A stretch of DNA of 64,000 nt from Candidatus Multivoradales bacterium (GCA_965248055.1 CBDFIJ010000004.1:1824001-1888000), one strand, 5' to 3'. Positions 40,343 through 49,650 are shown, numbered from the stretch's first letter. Notes: generated by a model from the letters alone, not told the origin. Program-made: numbers and translations.

Positions 40343-40714
40343 ATGAGAAACCAATCTCGTCGCCTCGTTCTTGCGGTCACCGCCGTCGCGTTCTTCTTCC
40401 TGGCTTGCAACAAGACCCTGGAAGCTCCACCCGTGGAAGTTGAGTATCGCGACTCTCTACTCGGCATCGGCAAGATCGTGCGCGTCACAAACCAACACAG
40501 TGAAGCCCTCACCAACCTGGTTATCCGCATCGAGAATCCTAACCACGACATCAAGCACCACACCCTCGCAAGTCTCCCGGTCGGAGAAACCTATGAACTG
40601 GGCTGGAAGAAGTTGGATGGCTTTCAGGTCGAGGTCGGCGCTGAGGTGACGATTCGCAGTGAGGGGTTCATCATTCCTCACAAGGTACAACTGCAAGCAA
40701 CTTCTGAGGAGTAG
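40343..40714 (+). CDS. Hypothetical lipoprotein
   Basis: FFLAC lipobox. Confidence 0.7.
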   Translation: MRNQSRRLVLAVTAVAFFFLACNKTLEAPPVEVEYRDSLLGIGKIVRVTNQHSEALTNLVIRIENPNHDIKHHTLASLPVGETYELGWKKLDGFQVEVGAEVTIRSEGFIIPHKVQLQATSEE

Positions 40715-40716
40715 GG

Positions 40717-41544
40717 ATGGGCAACATGACTCCACCTACTTTTGACTTCGGCAGCGGCTCCGTCTCTCAGGACTACGACGATGTCTTGGTTCCGCTGCTG
40801 TTTACCCCTTGGGCAGAACGCTTGATCAATAGTGCCGGCAACCTCAACGGTTATTCCGTACTAGATCTGGCAACCGGCACCGGTATCGTGGCGCAAACAC
40901 TACCTGGCGCAGTCGGCAGCACGGGAACCGTGGTCGCAGCCGACATCAATCCTGAAATGTTGGCATTGGCCAAGAGACGTTGCCAGCAAACCAACCCTCA
41001 TGTGGAGTTCGTAGAGTCACCGGCGCACCCGCTGGTTGCTCCCTCAAGCTCGTTTGATGTTGTCTTCTGTCAGCAAGGGTTCCAGTTCTTTCCGGACCGA
41101 GCTCTTGCTGCCAAGGAGATTCACCGCGTTCTACGAAACGGCGGGCAGGTGTTGGCCTCAACTTGGTGCCCGGTGACGGATTGCCAAGTCTTTGGTGCAA
41201 TTACCACTGCTCTGCACCAATGTGGCGAACCTGAAATCGCCGAAATGATGCGCATACCCTTTGATTTCATGCCCGCTGATGAACTGGAGCGTCATTTCGT
41301 CGGCGCTGAGTTTGACGATGTCGCAATCGAGCGCCAGGAAATGGACATGGTGTTCCCTGACGGCCCTGAGCAAGCTTTTGCGCTTTCCTACGCAACGCCA
41401 ATTGGTCCCAAGTTACGATCACTGTCGCAGGACAAACAACAGCAGTTTCGCATCACTGTGCTGGACTTGATAGCACAAATGTCGCCACATGGTGGGACCC
41501 GGTCAGGAATGGTTTCCCACGTATTGACTGCGAGGAAAACGTAG
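40717..41544 (+). CDS. Class I SAM-dependent methyltransferase
   Basis: VLDLATGTG, DINPEML, FDVVFCQQGFQFF. Confidence 0.9.
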   Translation: MGNMTPPTFDFGSGSVSQDYDDVLVPLLFTPWAERLINSAGNLNGYSVLDLATGTGIVAQTLPGAVGSTGTVVAADINPEMLALAKRRCQQTNPHVEFVESPAHPLVAPSSSFDVVFCQQGFQFFPDRALAAKEIHRVLRNGGQVLASTWCPVTDCQVFGAITTALHQCGEPEIAEMMRIPFDFMPADELERHFVGAEFDDVAIERQEMDMVFPDGPEQAFALSYATPIGPKLRSLSQDKQQQFRITVLDLIAQMSPHGGTRSGMVSHVLTARKT

Positions 41545-41788
41545 TCAAAGACATCACTTCGCAGCAAGTTTGAGCACCTTGTAGACTAAAAACTAGCGGA
41601 TCATGTTTCGGGAGCCATTGGCTCGATCAATAGCGACTTGGTCAAGAACACCAACCTTAGAATTTGAAGAAATCTTAACCACTGCGCTCTTGCGCACAAG
41701 CCTCTGTCATTGAGACCAATGGTGGAGTTCTAATCTCGGAGCGGCGTCCAGGCGTAGGTTCTTGACATGGAGCTGCGCGTACTATTAT

Positions 41789-41804
41789 TGTTGCCTAGGC
41801 AGCA
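41789..41804. promoter_or_regulatory. MarR operator, copy 1 (TGTTGCCTAGGCAGCA)
   Basis: Near-perfect palindrome downstream of TTGACA (41762) and just before the marR start. Confidence 0.7.
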
Positions 41805-41806
41805 TT

Positions 41807-42250
41807 GTGCGTAAATTCCCTTTGACTCCGCTTCGAGAGGCATATGCTTTTCGGCTAGGGCATATTAGCCGGTTACTCAGGCGTCGTTTGATTTCCGTTA
41901 TCACTCCCGTTGACTCAAATCTTTCGCCCGAGCAATTTGTGTTGATCATGCGCGTCGCCGAAGAGAATGGCGTGCCGCAATCCGAATTCGTCGACCCAGT
42001 CTTGGACGACCGCGCCAATATTACGAGGCAGGTCAAAGGGCTTGTGACGAGAGGGTTGGTGCGCGTCGATCATGATCTGGAAGATCAGCGTCGGAAGCGC
42101 GTGTATTTAACACCAGCAGGCCGCGTGCTTTTTGAAAGACTCGTGCCCCACGTCATTGAAACCCGTCACGCTTTGTTTGGCCAAATCCCCAAAAAGGATC
42201 TAGCCGTATTCTCACGAGTGCTGACCCATCTGGAACATTCACTCAGCTAG
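41807..42250 (+). CDS. MarR family regulator
   Basis: DRANITR, DQRRKRVYLTPAG; likely GTG start at 41807. Confidence 0.9.
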   Translation: MRKFPLTPLREAYAFRLGHISRLLRRRLISVITPVDSNLSPEQFVLIMRVAEENGVPQSEFVDPVLDDRANITRQVKGLVTRGLVRVDHDLEDQRRKRVYLTPAGRVLFERLVPHVIETRHALFGQIPKKDLAVFSRVLTHLEHSLS

Positions 42251-42286
42251 CTAGGGACACCAAGTGGCCTTTTTTAATTTTCGTAA

Positions 42287-42302
42287 TGTTGCCTAGGCAA
42301 CA
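42287..42302. promoter_or_regulatory. MarR operator, copy 2 (TGTTGCCTAGGCAACA)
   Basis: Perfect 16-bp palindrome next to RBS AAGGAG. Confidence 0.75.
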
Positions 42303-42317
42303 AAAGGAGTAACCAAC

Positions 42318-42794
42318 ATGAAATCTCTACTAACCGCTACCATCATTGCTATTGGTTTGTTCGCCGAACAAGGAGCGACAGCCGAACCCACGGCGACGGC
42401 ACCAGAATGTGGTGAATCTGCCTCCCAGGACAGCAACGCAAAAGCCTCAATTAAAGAGGTGCTAGAAATCTACGCCGATGGCGAACATGAGCAACTATCC
42501 GAAGTTTTGGAAACGATACTTAGTCAATCATTCAGCATTTCTGTAATCATGAATGGGGAGTTAGTGAACATTCCTCGCCAAGCTTTTCTCGATGGGATCG
42601 AGACGGGCAAATTTGGCGGTGAAAATCGACTGCTCATAATCGGCGATATTGAACTCCATGGCAATACAGCTACAGCAACGATGCAGCTTAGAGGTGAACT
42701 TGCCAACTTTCACCATTTTCTGACGCTGGTCCTGATCGACGAGGAATGGACTATGGTTCACTCCCTGGCAACGCTAACAATGCACGAAAAGTAG
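42318..42794 (+). CDS. Exported NTF2-like (lumazine-binding-like) protein
   Basis: Signal peptide, GKFGG, IELHGNTA, LVLIDEEW. Confidence 0.7.
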   Translation: MKSLLTATIIAIGLFAEQGATAEPTATAPECGESASQDSNAKASIKEVLEIYADGEHEQLSEVLETILSQSFSISVIMNGELVNIPRQAFLDGIETGKFGGENRLLIIGDIELHGNTATATMQLRGELANFHHFLTLVLIDEEWTMVHSLATLTMHEK

Positions 42795-42883
42795 TTGATC
42801 AATCGTTCGACCTGACGAGCGCAACAGCACATAGGTTGACAGATTTCAGAACTTAAACTGAATCTGGCAGTAGAGTCTCTCTT

Positions 42884-44007
42884 GTGAGCGATTCGACTTT
42901 TCAGGCGGACTTATTTATCCACCTCACTCCGGAGCGAGTCCTGGACGCGGTGGAAACCGGTGGACTAACTCCGACCGGACTCTGTTATCCGCTCAATTCC
43001 TTTGAGAATCGGGTCTACGAAGTCGAACTGGAGGACAAAAGCCGGGTGGTGGCCAAGTTCTACCGACCCGGGCGCTGGTCAAGAGAGCAGATCCTGGAAG
43101 AGCATCAACTGGTTCAAGCATTGGATCACGCTGAAATTCCGGTCTGCACGGTGCAGCCGTTTCCCGACGGAGAAACGCTCAAGACCATCGATAGAGTGTA
43201 CTACGCCCTGTCACCTCGACGCGGAGGGCGGGCCCCGGATGAGCTAACCACAATGGATGCTCAGCGGTTGGGAATGTGGTTGGGGAGAATGCACAGCGTT
43301 GCATCAGCTCTACCGATTCAGCATCGCCCGAGCCTCAATGCAGACCGATATGTGCGCCAGGCTTTGGTATGGATCGACGCCTGGAAAGAAGACGGCGGTG
43401 ACTTTCCCTATCCCCTCACCAACGCTATACCGACGCCACGCAAAGGTTGGCAGAGATCGCCGATCAGCGGCTTGATGGCATCACCACGCAATTGATTCAT
43501 GCGGATCTGCACCTGGGCAACGTTCTATTTCGTGATCAAGAACTGCGCGTCCTCGACTTTGATGACATGGCGATCGGACCTCCAGTGCAGGATATTTGGC
43601 TGGTGTTGCCAGGGCGCGATGAGGAAGCTCTGCAACTGCGGTCCGCCTTGCTTGAAGGCTATGAACAGTTTCGTGACTTCAACCGCTCGACCCTCGATCT
43701 GATCGAACTGCTACGCGCTATGCGCATGGTGCGCTATGCCGGCTGGCTCGCCCACCGCTGGCACGATCCGGCCTTCAAATCAAGCTGGCCACACTTTGGC
43801 AGCGAGGAATACTGGCGGCAGGAAACCGAGGATCTGGAGGAACAACTTGCTTTAGTGGTCGCCAAACGGGCGAGCGAGTGGAGTGGTAACCCAGCAGGCT
43901 CCACTAGCCAGGTCCCGGTTTCCGAAGCCGACGAAATGACCAACAAGGACTTCTTTTGGGACTGGGAAGACCCAACCGAATCAGCTACAAAGCACGAAGA
44001 AGAATGA
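42884..44007 (+). CDS. srkA: Stress response kinase SrkA/RdoA, one frameshift near 43415
   Basis: LNSFENRVY, KFYRPGRW; second frame HADLHLGN, DFDD, WHDPAF. Confidence 0.88.
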
Positions 44008-44390
44008 ATACCGTGATTGCTCAGGCGGCGATGGTTGGCGCCGGCGGTTTCTTGGGTGCCCTGCTGCGCTTTGGAATTGGTGGTTGGGCACACCGACGAC
44101 TTCCACTGACGACCTTTCCGATCGGCACTTTGGTGGTCAATCTTATTGGCTGTTTAACGATCGGGCTGTTGGCGGGGGCGGCGGAATCGAGACAACTCCT
44201 CACTCCTGAAACTCGGCTCTTTCTGTTGATCGGCCTACTGGGCGGCTTCACCACCTTCTCCACTTTTAGCTTTGAGACTTTCGCTATGTTGCGAGACGGC
44301 GAGGCTATGCGCGCGGGGGCGAACGTCGCCATTCACATCGTCGCTGGGTTGGGGTTGGTGTGGCTGGGGTACGCTCTGACGACGGACTAA
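44004..44390 (+). CDS. crcB: Fluoride channel CrcB/FluC
   Basis: GGFLGALLR, GTLVVN, GGFTTFSTF. Confidence 0.95.
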   Translation: MNTVIAQAAMVGAGGFLGALLRFGIGGWAHRRLPLTTFPIGTLVVNLIGCLTIGLLAGAAESRQLLTPETRLFLLIGLLGGFTTFSTFSFETFAMLRDGEAMRAGANVAIHIVAGLGLVWLGYALTTD

Positions 44391-44392
44391 CT

Positions 44393-44752
44393 ATGACTCT
44401 TCCTAGCCAGGGCAAGCTCCTTCGAATCTTCATCGGCGAAAGCGATCGCCATCAAGGAATCCCGCTGCACCAATGGTTGGTGCGCGAGGCGAGGCGGCAA
44501 GGGCTGGCCGGGGCTACGGTACTGCGCGGCCTGGAAGGCTACGGAGCCCACAGCCGGCTGCACACCGCCAAGGTACTGCGCCTGTCGACAGATCTTCCCC
44601 TGGTGATCGAGATCGTCGATCGCGAAGACAAGATCGAGGAATTCTTGGAGACCGTTGACCAGGTGGTCGAAGAGGGCCTAGCGACGGTGGAAAAGGTCGA
44701 GGTGCGGTTCTACCGAGCGAGGGGACACAATACAAGGGAGGGGACACAATAA
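44393..44752 (+). CDS. DUF190 PII-like protein
   Basis: LRIFIGESD, GATVLRG, LSTDLPLVIEIVD; usual crcB partner. Confidence 0.92.
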   Translation: MTLPSQGKLLRIFIGESDRHQGIPLHQWLVREARRQGLAGATVLRGLEGYGAHSRLHTAKVLRLSTDLPLVIEIVDREDKIEEFLETVDQVVEEGLATVEKVEVRFYRARGHNTREGTQ

Positions 44753-44764
44753 AATTGTGTCCCC
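44721..44764. repeat. REP-like hairpin, copy 2 (duplicated left arm)
   Basis: GGGGACACAAT at 44721 and 44740; ATTGTGTCCCC at 44754. Confidence 0.85.
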
Positions 44765-44772
44765 CGCATGCT

Positions 44773-46368
44773 CTAGCTATCGAAAGCTTGCTTTAGAAAA
44801 TTCCGCCGACAGATCGCCGAAGCCGTCAGATATCCAGACGCCAGAGCACTGGTGACCCCACAAGTGGTGATGTCTTGTCCGGTGAGATAGAGCCCGCGAA
44901 TCGGCGTCTGTGGGCGCAGCCAACGTTGCTCAAAACGTTTGGGGCTGTGGTCCAGGCCGTAGACCTCACCCTCTTGGTAGGCGCCGAAGTGTTGGGTCGA
45001 GAGCGGGCTGGAGACTTCCATGTAGTCGATCTTGCCGCGTAGGTGAGGCAGTTGCCGGTAGAGCGCTTCGACCATACGCTCTGCGATTGCCTCTTTAATC
45101 CCTTCGTACTCTTCGCCGCGTTTGCGCCAAGGCTGGTCCTTCCACGGTTCAAACCAGGCGTACGGGGCCAAGGTCACCAGCTCGATGGTCTGCCGATCAG
45201 GATAGCGCTCAGCAAAGGTCGGATCTTTGGCCGATGGGAAGGAAGCAAACGCCAATGGCGGGGCCTTCTTGGGGTCGGCAAGATAGGCGGCAACATTGCC
45301 GTCGTGATCAGCGCTGGGATACATCCACAGGTTGGTCTTGGGCAGACCAAATTCTTCCACGCTCCCCTTCAAGCCGGCGTAGGCACATAGGTGACCGATT
45401 GAGCGCTTGAGGCCCCGCGCCTTGTCTGCCATCTCCCGAGCACCGAGCACCGCTTCTGGAACCAGCTTCAACCAAGTGTTGTGGATCCCGGCGCTGCTGA
45501 TCACCAGATCGGATCGAAAGACCCGGCCGTCGGCCATGCGCACACCAACTGCGCGATTGCCCTCAGTTTCAATGCCATCTACATCCGCTTGATTGCAGAT
45601 CACACCCCCAGCGTCTTCAATGATCGGAATGATCGAAGCAGCGATCGACGAACTTCCACCCACCGGGTAGAAGCCGCCGCGCAGGTAATGGCGAGCGACC
45701 ACTGAATGCATCGCAAAGCTACTTTGGCCCGGTGGCAATCCGTAGTCGCCCCACTGACCGGTCACCACCCCCATCAAGGTCGGGTCGTCGAGTAAGGGCT
45801 CCAAGACTTGCCGCGTGGTTTGCCGGGCGTAGTGCATGAACGGGCGCCGCGCCCAAGATCCGCCAATCGCGGCGAGCGGTTTCGGCAGGGCCTTCTCACC
45901 CCAATAACGAAACGAGGTGCGACCCACCGTGTCGATTAGCTCCATGTAACGATCGATCTGCTTTTGCCGATGGGGAAACCACTGTTTCAGGTTGGCAGTG
46001 AAGTGGTCGCGCCCGGTGACGAAATCAAACGACTGGTCGCCCAGGATAATCCGGTCATAGACCTCTCCCATCGACGCCCACTCCAGACTGCCGTCACCGA
46101 CATGATCAAACAGCCGCTTGACCGGGCTGCGATCAGACCCCAACTCACCTAGATAATGCACTCCAACATCCCACTCGTAACCATGACGACGGTAGACGTG
46201 GGTGAAGCCGCCGACCATGTAGTGCTGCTCCAACACCAAGACTCGCTTGCCGCGGTGCTTCGCCAGCAGTGCAGCGGTTGCCAAACCACTGATGCCGGAG
46301 CCAATGACGATGGCGTCAAAGAGGTCTGAGGAGTCGAAATCGCGATAGGGAGTGCCGAGTCGTTGCAT
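44773..46368 (-). CDS. Phytoene dehydrogenase / retinol saturase-like FAD oxidoreductase
   Basis: IGSGISGL, WDVGVHY, GQWGDYG, YPVGGS, LYLTGQD; likely start MQRLG. Confidence 0.9.
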   Translation of the reverse strand: MQRLGTPYRDFDSSDLFDAIVIGSGISGLATAALLAKHRGKRVLVLEQHYMVGGFTHVYRRHGYEWDVGVHYLGELGSDRSPVKRLFDHVGDGSLEWASMGEVYDRIILGDQSFDFVTGRDHFTANLKQWFPHRQKQIDRYMELIDTVGRTSFRYWGEKALPKPLAAIGGSWARRPFMHYARQTTRQVLEPLLDDPTLMGVVTGQWGDYGLPPGQSSFAMHSVVARHYLRGGFYPVGGSSSIAASIIPIIEDAGGVICNQADVDGIETEGNRAVGVRMADGRVFRSDLVISSAGIHNTWLKLVPEAVLGAREMADKARGLKRSIGHLCAYAGLKGSVEEFGLPKTNLWMYPSADHDGNVAAYLADPKKAPPLAFASFPSAKDPTFAERYPDRQTIELVTLAPYAWFEPWKDQPWRKRGEEYEGIKEAIAERMVEALYRQLPHLRGKIDYMEVSSPLSTQHFGAYQEGEVYGLDHSPKRFEQRWLRPQTPIRGLYLTGQDITTCGVTSALASGYLTASAICRRNFLKQAFDS

Positions 46369-46396
46369 AAGTCTCAAGTCAGTGTATCTTGGTGTT

Positions 46397-46424
46397 GGGG
46401 ACACAATACTTCTATTGTGTCCCC
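46397..46424. repeat. REP-like hairpin, copy 3
   Basis: GGGGACACAAT-acttct-ATTGTGTCCCC. Confidence 0.85.
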
Positions 46425-46435
46425 CTTGATCGTCG

Positions 46436-46696
46436 ATGAGTAACCTACAATCCATCCCCGGAGTCGGACCTTCCATCGAGCGGGACTTGTTAACGCTAGG
46501 GTATCGGGAAATCTCCGACCTCAGAGACCAAGACCCGGAACAGATGTACCAACAAAGCAATGAACTGGTCGGATTGCGCCAAGACCGGTGTTTGCTCTAC
46601 GTGTTTCGCTGCGCCGTCTATTTTGCTGAAACGGTGGATCTCGAGCCTGAATTATTGAAGTGGTGGTCGTGGAAGGATCGAGAGCTTCCGAGATGA
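46436..46696 (+). CDS. Helix-hairpin-helix Cdd1-like protein
   Basis: IPGVGPSI, DRCLLYVFRCAVY, KWWSWKD. Confidence 0.85.
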   Translation: MSNLQSIPGVGPSIERDLLTLGYREISDLRDQDPEQMYQQSNELVGLRQDRCLLYVFRCAVYFAETVDLEPELLKWWSWKDRELPR

Positions 46697-47046
46697 TCTG
46701 TCCTGAGTGCCGCGGTGAGTTCGTGCCAGGGGTTGTGGACTGCCCAGACTGCCATCTGGCGCTAGTAGAAGAGCTGCAGAACGATTCGCTGGTGGTACGT
46801 TCTGAACCTTGGGTCACGGTGGCCAAGATCAGTAGCCCGGTCGAGTTGACGGTTCTCAAGTCGATGCTGGAGAGCCATGGGGTTCCGGTATTCGTTCCTG
46901 GCGAGCATTCCTTCCAGCAGGTCCCGGCGCTGCATATATTGAGACATACGACGCTTATTGCTGGTCAATGCAAGCTGCAGGTCCCAGAGAACTGGCTCGA
47001 GAGGGCGCGCGAGCTGATCGCCGCCGAGCCACAAGACCGGCCGTGA
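46693..47046 (+). CDS. Zinc-ribbon / DUF2007 protein
   Basis: CPEC...CPDC, KSMLESHGV. Confidence 0.8.
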   Translation: MICPECRGEFVPGVVDCPDCHLALVEELQNDSLVVRSEPWVTVAKISSPVELTVLKSMLESHGVPVFVPGEHSFQQVPALHILRHTTLIAGQCKLQVPENWLERARELIAAEPQDRP

Positions 47047-48032
47047 ACTGGCTGCGACGTCGCGCCGCGGCAACCCGCGCTGTATGGAACTCCAACCTCT
47101 ACCATGGCTGGAGCCGGTCCAAGAGTTTCTTCGAGGGTTGGTACTTCAAGGTCGTTGATCCAGCGCAAACTACTGCCCTGGCCTTCATCCCTGGGATCTC
47201 AATGGACGCCAAAGGCGACAAGTTTGCCTTTGTCCAAGTGCTCGACGGAATTGCCGCCAAGAGCTACGAGTACCGTTTCCCAGCCGATTCCTTTGTCGCC
47301 GATCCAAAGCGATTCTCGGTTCAGGTGGCCGACAGCCGTTTTTCCCTTGAAAAACTTGATATTGATCTGCCTGATTTCCGGGGGCAACTGGAACTCTCCA
47401 ACCCTTATCCCTGGCCATCCTCCTGGAAATCGCCGGGAGTCATGGGTTGGTACAGCTTCGTCCCCTTCATGGAGTGTTACCACGGAGTTGTCAGCATGGA
47501 TCACGACCTGGCCGGAATTCTGGAAGTTAGTGGCCGAACGGTCGACTTCGACGGCGGTCGCGGCTACGCCGAGAAAGACTGGGGCACTTCTTTTCCCCGT
47601 TGCTGGATTTGGGGTCAGTCGAACCACTTTGCCGATTCGCCCGGCACTAGTGTCATGTTCTCGATCGCCCACATCCCCTGGCGCGGTAGCTACTTCATTG
47701 GCTTCTTAGCTGGATTGCTGCACCAGGGCACGCTGTATCCCTTCACCACCCACAACCAGTCGAAAGCCGAGGTAAAGAGGATTGAACATGGGGTCGATAT
47801 GACCTTTCATCGCCGCGACTATGAGCTTCGAGTTACGGCTCGCCAGGCCGAAGGTGCCGAGCTCTTGTCCCCTGTCCAGGGTGCCATGGTTGGCAAAGTC
47901 AACGAGAGTTTGCGAGCCAGGGTAGAAGTGCAACTGATCGATCAGGGGGAGGCACTCTTCACCGGCACCGGAACCAGAGCTGGGCTGGAAATTGCCGGGG
48001 ATACCCAGATCTTGGTCGACCAGTTCGGATAG
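47043..48032 (+). CDS. Tocopherol cyclase-like protein
   Basis: FFEGWYFK, MECYHGVVSM, GYAEKDWGTSFP, W.QSNHF. Confidence 0.88.
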   Translation: MNWLRRRAAATRAVWNSNLYHGWSRSKSFFEGWYFKVVDPAQTTALAFIPGISMDAKGDKFAFVQVLDGIAAKSYEYRFPADSFVADPKRFSVQVADSRFSLEKLDIDLPDFRGQLELSNPYPWPSSWKSPGVMGWYSFVPFMECYHGVVSMDHDLAGILEVSGRTVDFDGGRGYAEKDWGTSFPRCWIWGQSNHFADSPGTSVMFSIAHIPWRGSYFIGFLAGLLHQGTLYPFTTHNQSKAEVKRIEHGVDMTFHRRDYELRVTARQAEGAELLSPVQGAMVGKVNESLRARVEVQLIDQGEALFTGTGTRAGLEIAGDTQILVDQFG

Positions 48033-48292
48033 AGGTGACCGAAGCAAGATAGATCCCCGTCCCCCAACCAACCCTCGTTGGGAATACCCTGAAAGGATGC
48101 TTATGAACAACTATTTGTGCCACTTTTTGTATTGATTTATGCAGGGTTTAGTCAATTACAATGATCAAATGGCATCTGATTCAGGGTCAGGCAAAGGAGT
48201 TGAGTATTACGGTAGGCGCACCGTGCGGGTTGAAGCTCCTTTTCTAGTTGTGTGTGAACGCTCTTCGTTTACACTGTTCACGGAGGGCAGCA

Positions 48293-49213
48293 ATGAGCGA
48301 ACTTACCGACCTCGAGAAAAAACTACACAAGGCAGAGAAACTGAGGGTTAGGCGGCGAAAAGCCTATATCGCAGCAGATTACACAAAGCGGTGGGGCCTG
48401 CGCCTCATAGTGGTTGCTTTAGGGATCATTCTTATCCTTGTAATCTTTTGGATCCTGTTTCGGTGCTTCGATGGTTCACTACAAGGACTTGGGGAAACTA
48501 GTTCACCACCAAGCTCCGGGGAAGCTGGTTCACCGCCAAGCTCCGGGGAAGACTCCCGTAGCCAACTGGGAACAATCCTTTTTGCGGTCGCTACCCTCAC
48601 ACTAACTCTCATCGCGTTTCTGTTAGCTATCCTCTCGTTCTTTGGCTGGTTTTCCATTAAAGATAAGGTTGTTGCGGAGGTGCACAAAGCCATAGCTGAA
48701 GAGAAAGATCGACAGCAACACAGGAATCGATTGACGGATGCAGTCGTTTTCTCTTCATTGGCGGAAGCAAGCCACCTAGACCACAGGAAACACTACTGGA
48801 CAGAGAACGCTATCCGTCGCCTGGAGATGTGTGTTCCGTACTTCGACCAAGCCTCAAAAGATCCTGAAGAACGAAAGCATGCACTAGCCGTGGTGAACAA
48901 CCTAGCCTTCATCTATGCCCTACGAGGGCATATAGCAGACGGGCCAAAAGCAATCGAGCTTACCTATAAAGCAGCTGAAATGGCGCACAAGTTGGGCTTG
49001 GTAGACGTACCCGTGCACCTCACTCAAGCGCTTGTGCTGGCAAAATTTGGCAACCAAGCAAACGTTTCAACGGACGAACTAAAAAGCTCCCTCTTAGTAA
49101 TCGGGTCGCTAAACAGCGAAGACCGAATTAATAAAGCAACACAGCGAGAGTACTTTTTCACTAAGACCCTTCTTGAACAAACAATTGCAGAAAGGAGCTC
49201 AAGCGATTCCTGA
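48293..49213 (+). CDS. Orphan 2-TM protein with TPR-like C-terminal domain
   Basis: RBS GGAGG, two long hydrophobic helices, NNLAFIYA...KAIELTYKA helical repeat. Confidence 0.75.
   Translation: MSELTDLEKKLHKAEKLRVRRRKAYIAADYTKRWGLRLIVVALGIILILVIFWILFRCFDGSLQGLGETSSPPSSGEAGSPPSSGEDSRSQLGTILFAVATLTLTLIAFLLAILSFFGWFSIKDKVVAEVHKAIAEEKDRQQHRNRLTDAVVFSSLAEASHLDHRKHYWTENAIRRLEMCVPYFDQASKDPEERKHALAVVNNLAFIYALRGHIADGPKAIELTYKAAEMAHKLGLVDVPVHLTQALVLAKFGNQANVSTDELKSSLLVIGSLNSEDRINKATQREYFFTKTLLEQTIAERSSSDS
48491..48550 (+). repeat. 27-bp tandem repeat in the inter-TM loop
   Basis: GGGGAAACTAGTTCACCACCAAGCTCC / GGGGAAGCTGGTTCACCGCCAAGCTCC, encoding GETSSPPSS GEAGSPPSS. Confidence 0.85.
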
Positions 49214-49287
49214 CAATAAGTAAAAAGAGCCCCTCCGTGCCTTTCGGCCAGAGAAGCCCTTAATCGTTTCGTCATGGAAAACGAAAG

Positions 49288-49317
49288 CTAGTAGTTGATG
49301 GTTCCTTCGTACGTCAT
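49288..49317 (-). CDS. Putative 9-aa micropeptide MTYEGTINY
   Basis: Minus strand AAGGAG-N8-ATG ACG TAC GAA GGA ACC ATC AAC TAC TAG, followed by a TTTCGT..ACGAAA hairpin. Confidence 0.5.
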   Translation of the reverse strand: MTYEGTINY

Positions 49318-49650
49318 GATAGGTACTCCTTTATTGCTAATAAGCTATGACCTACTAATTAGGCCTAGAGAGGTTGACAGCTCATAGGTTGCTCTGTCAA
49401 GAACTTTGTTACGCACCAAGCTTAATCAAAGTTTCCGTGCACCGATAACCTCTTTAAAGTAAACGTCTTACAACCCACAGAAATTCCCGTTTCTTCTAGT
49501 CACGTCACGGGTGGGACAACCAAAGCCTTAGCCCTGGATTTCAAGCGCAGAGAACTGATACAAACGAAGTATGTACGTCTGGGAGGCGAATACTATGGAG
49601 GTGGAGTTGACCCCCGCTTTAGTGGATACCAAGAATAGGATCAAAGATCC

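Noticed and set aside
43900-44004. Fluoride riboswitch before crcB
   Set aside because: crcB overlaps the srkA stop, leaving no leader, and no motif was recognised.
42884-44007. Programmed frameshifting in srkA or the di-heme gene
   Set aside because: No canonical slippery heptamer or stimulatory structure seen; sequencing error is simpler.
48103-48135. Second micro-ORF MNNYLCHFLY
   Set aside because: Weaker RBS (AAGGA, 5-nt spacer) in AT-rich DNA; chance occurrence is plausible.
49288-49317. MTYEGTINY as a RiPP precursor (biarylitide-like)
   Set aside because: It lacks the MxYxH motif and no P450 or other modifying enzyme is adjacent.
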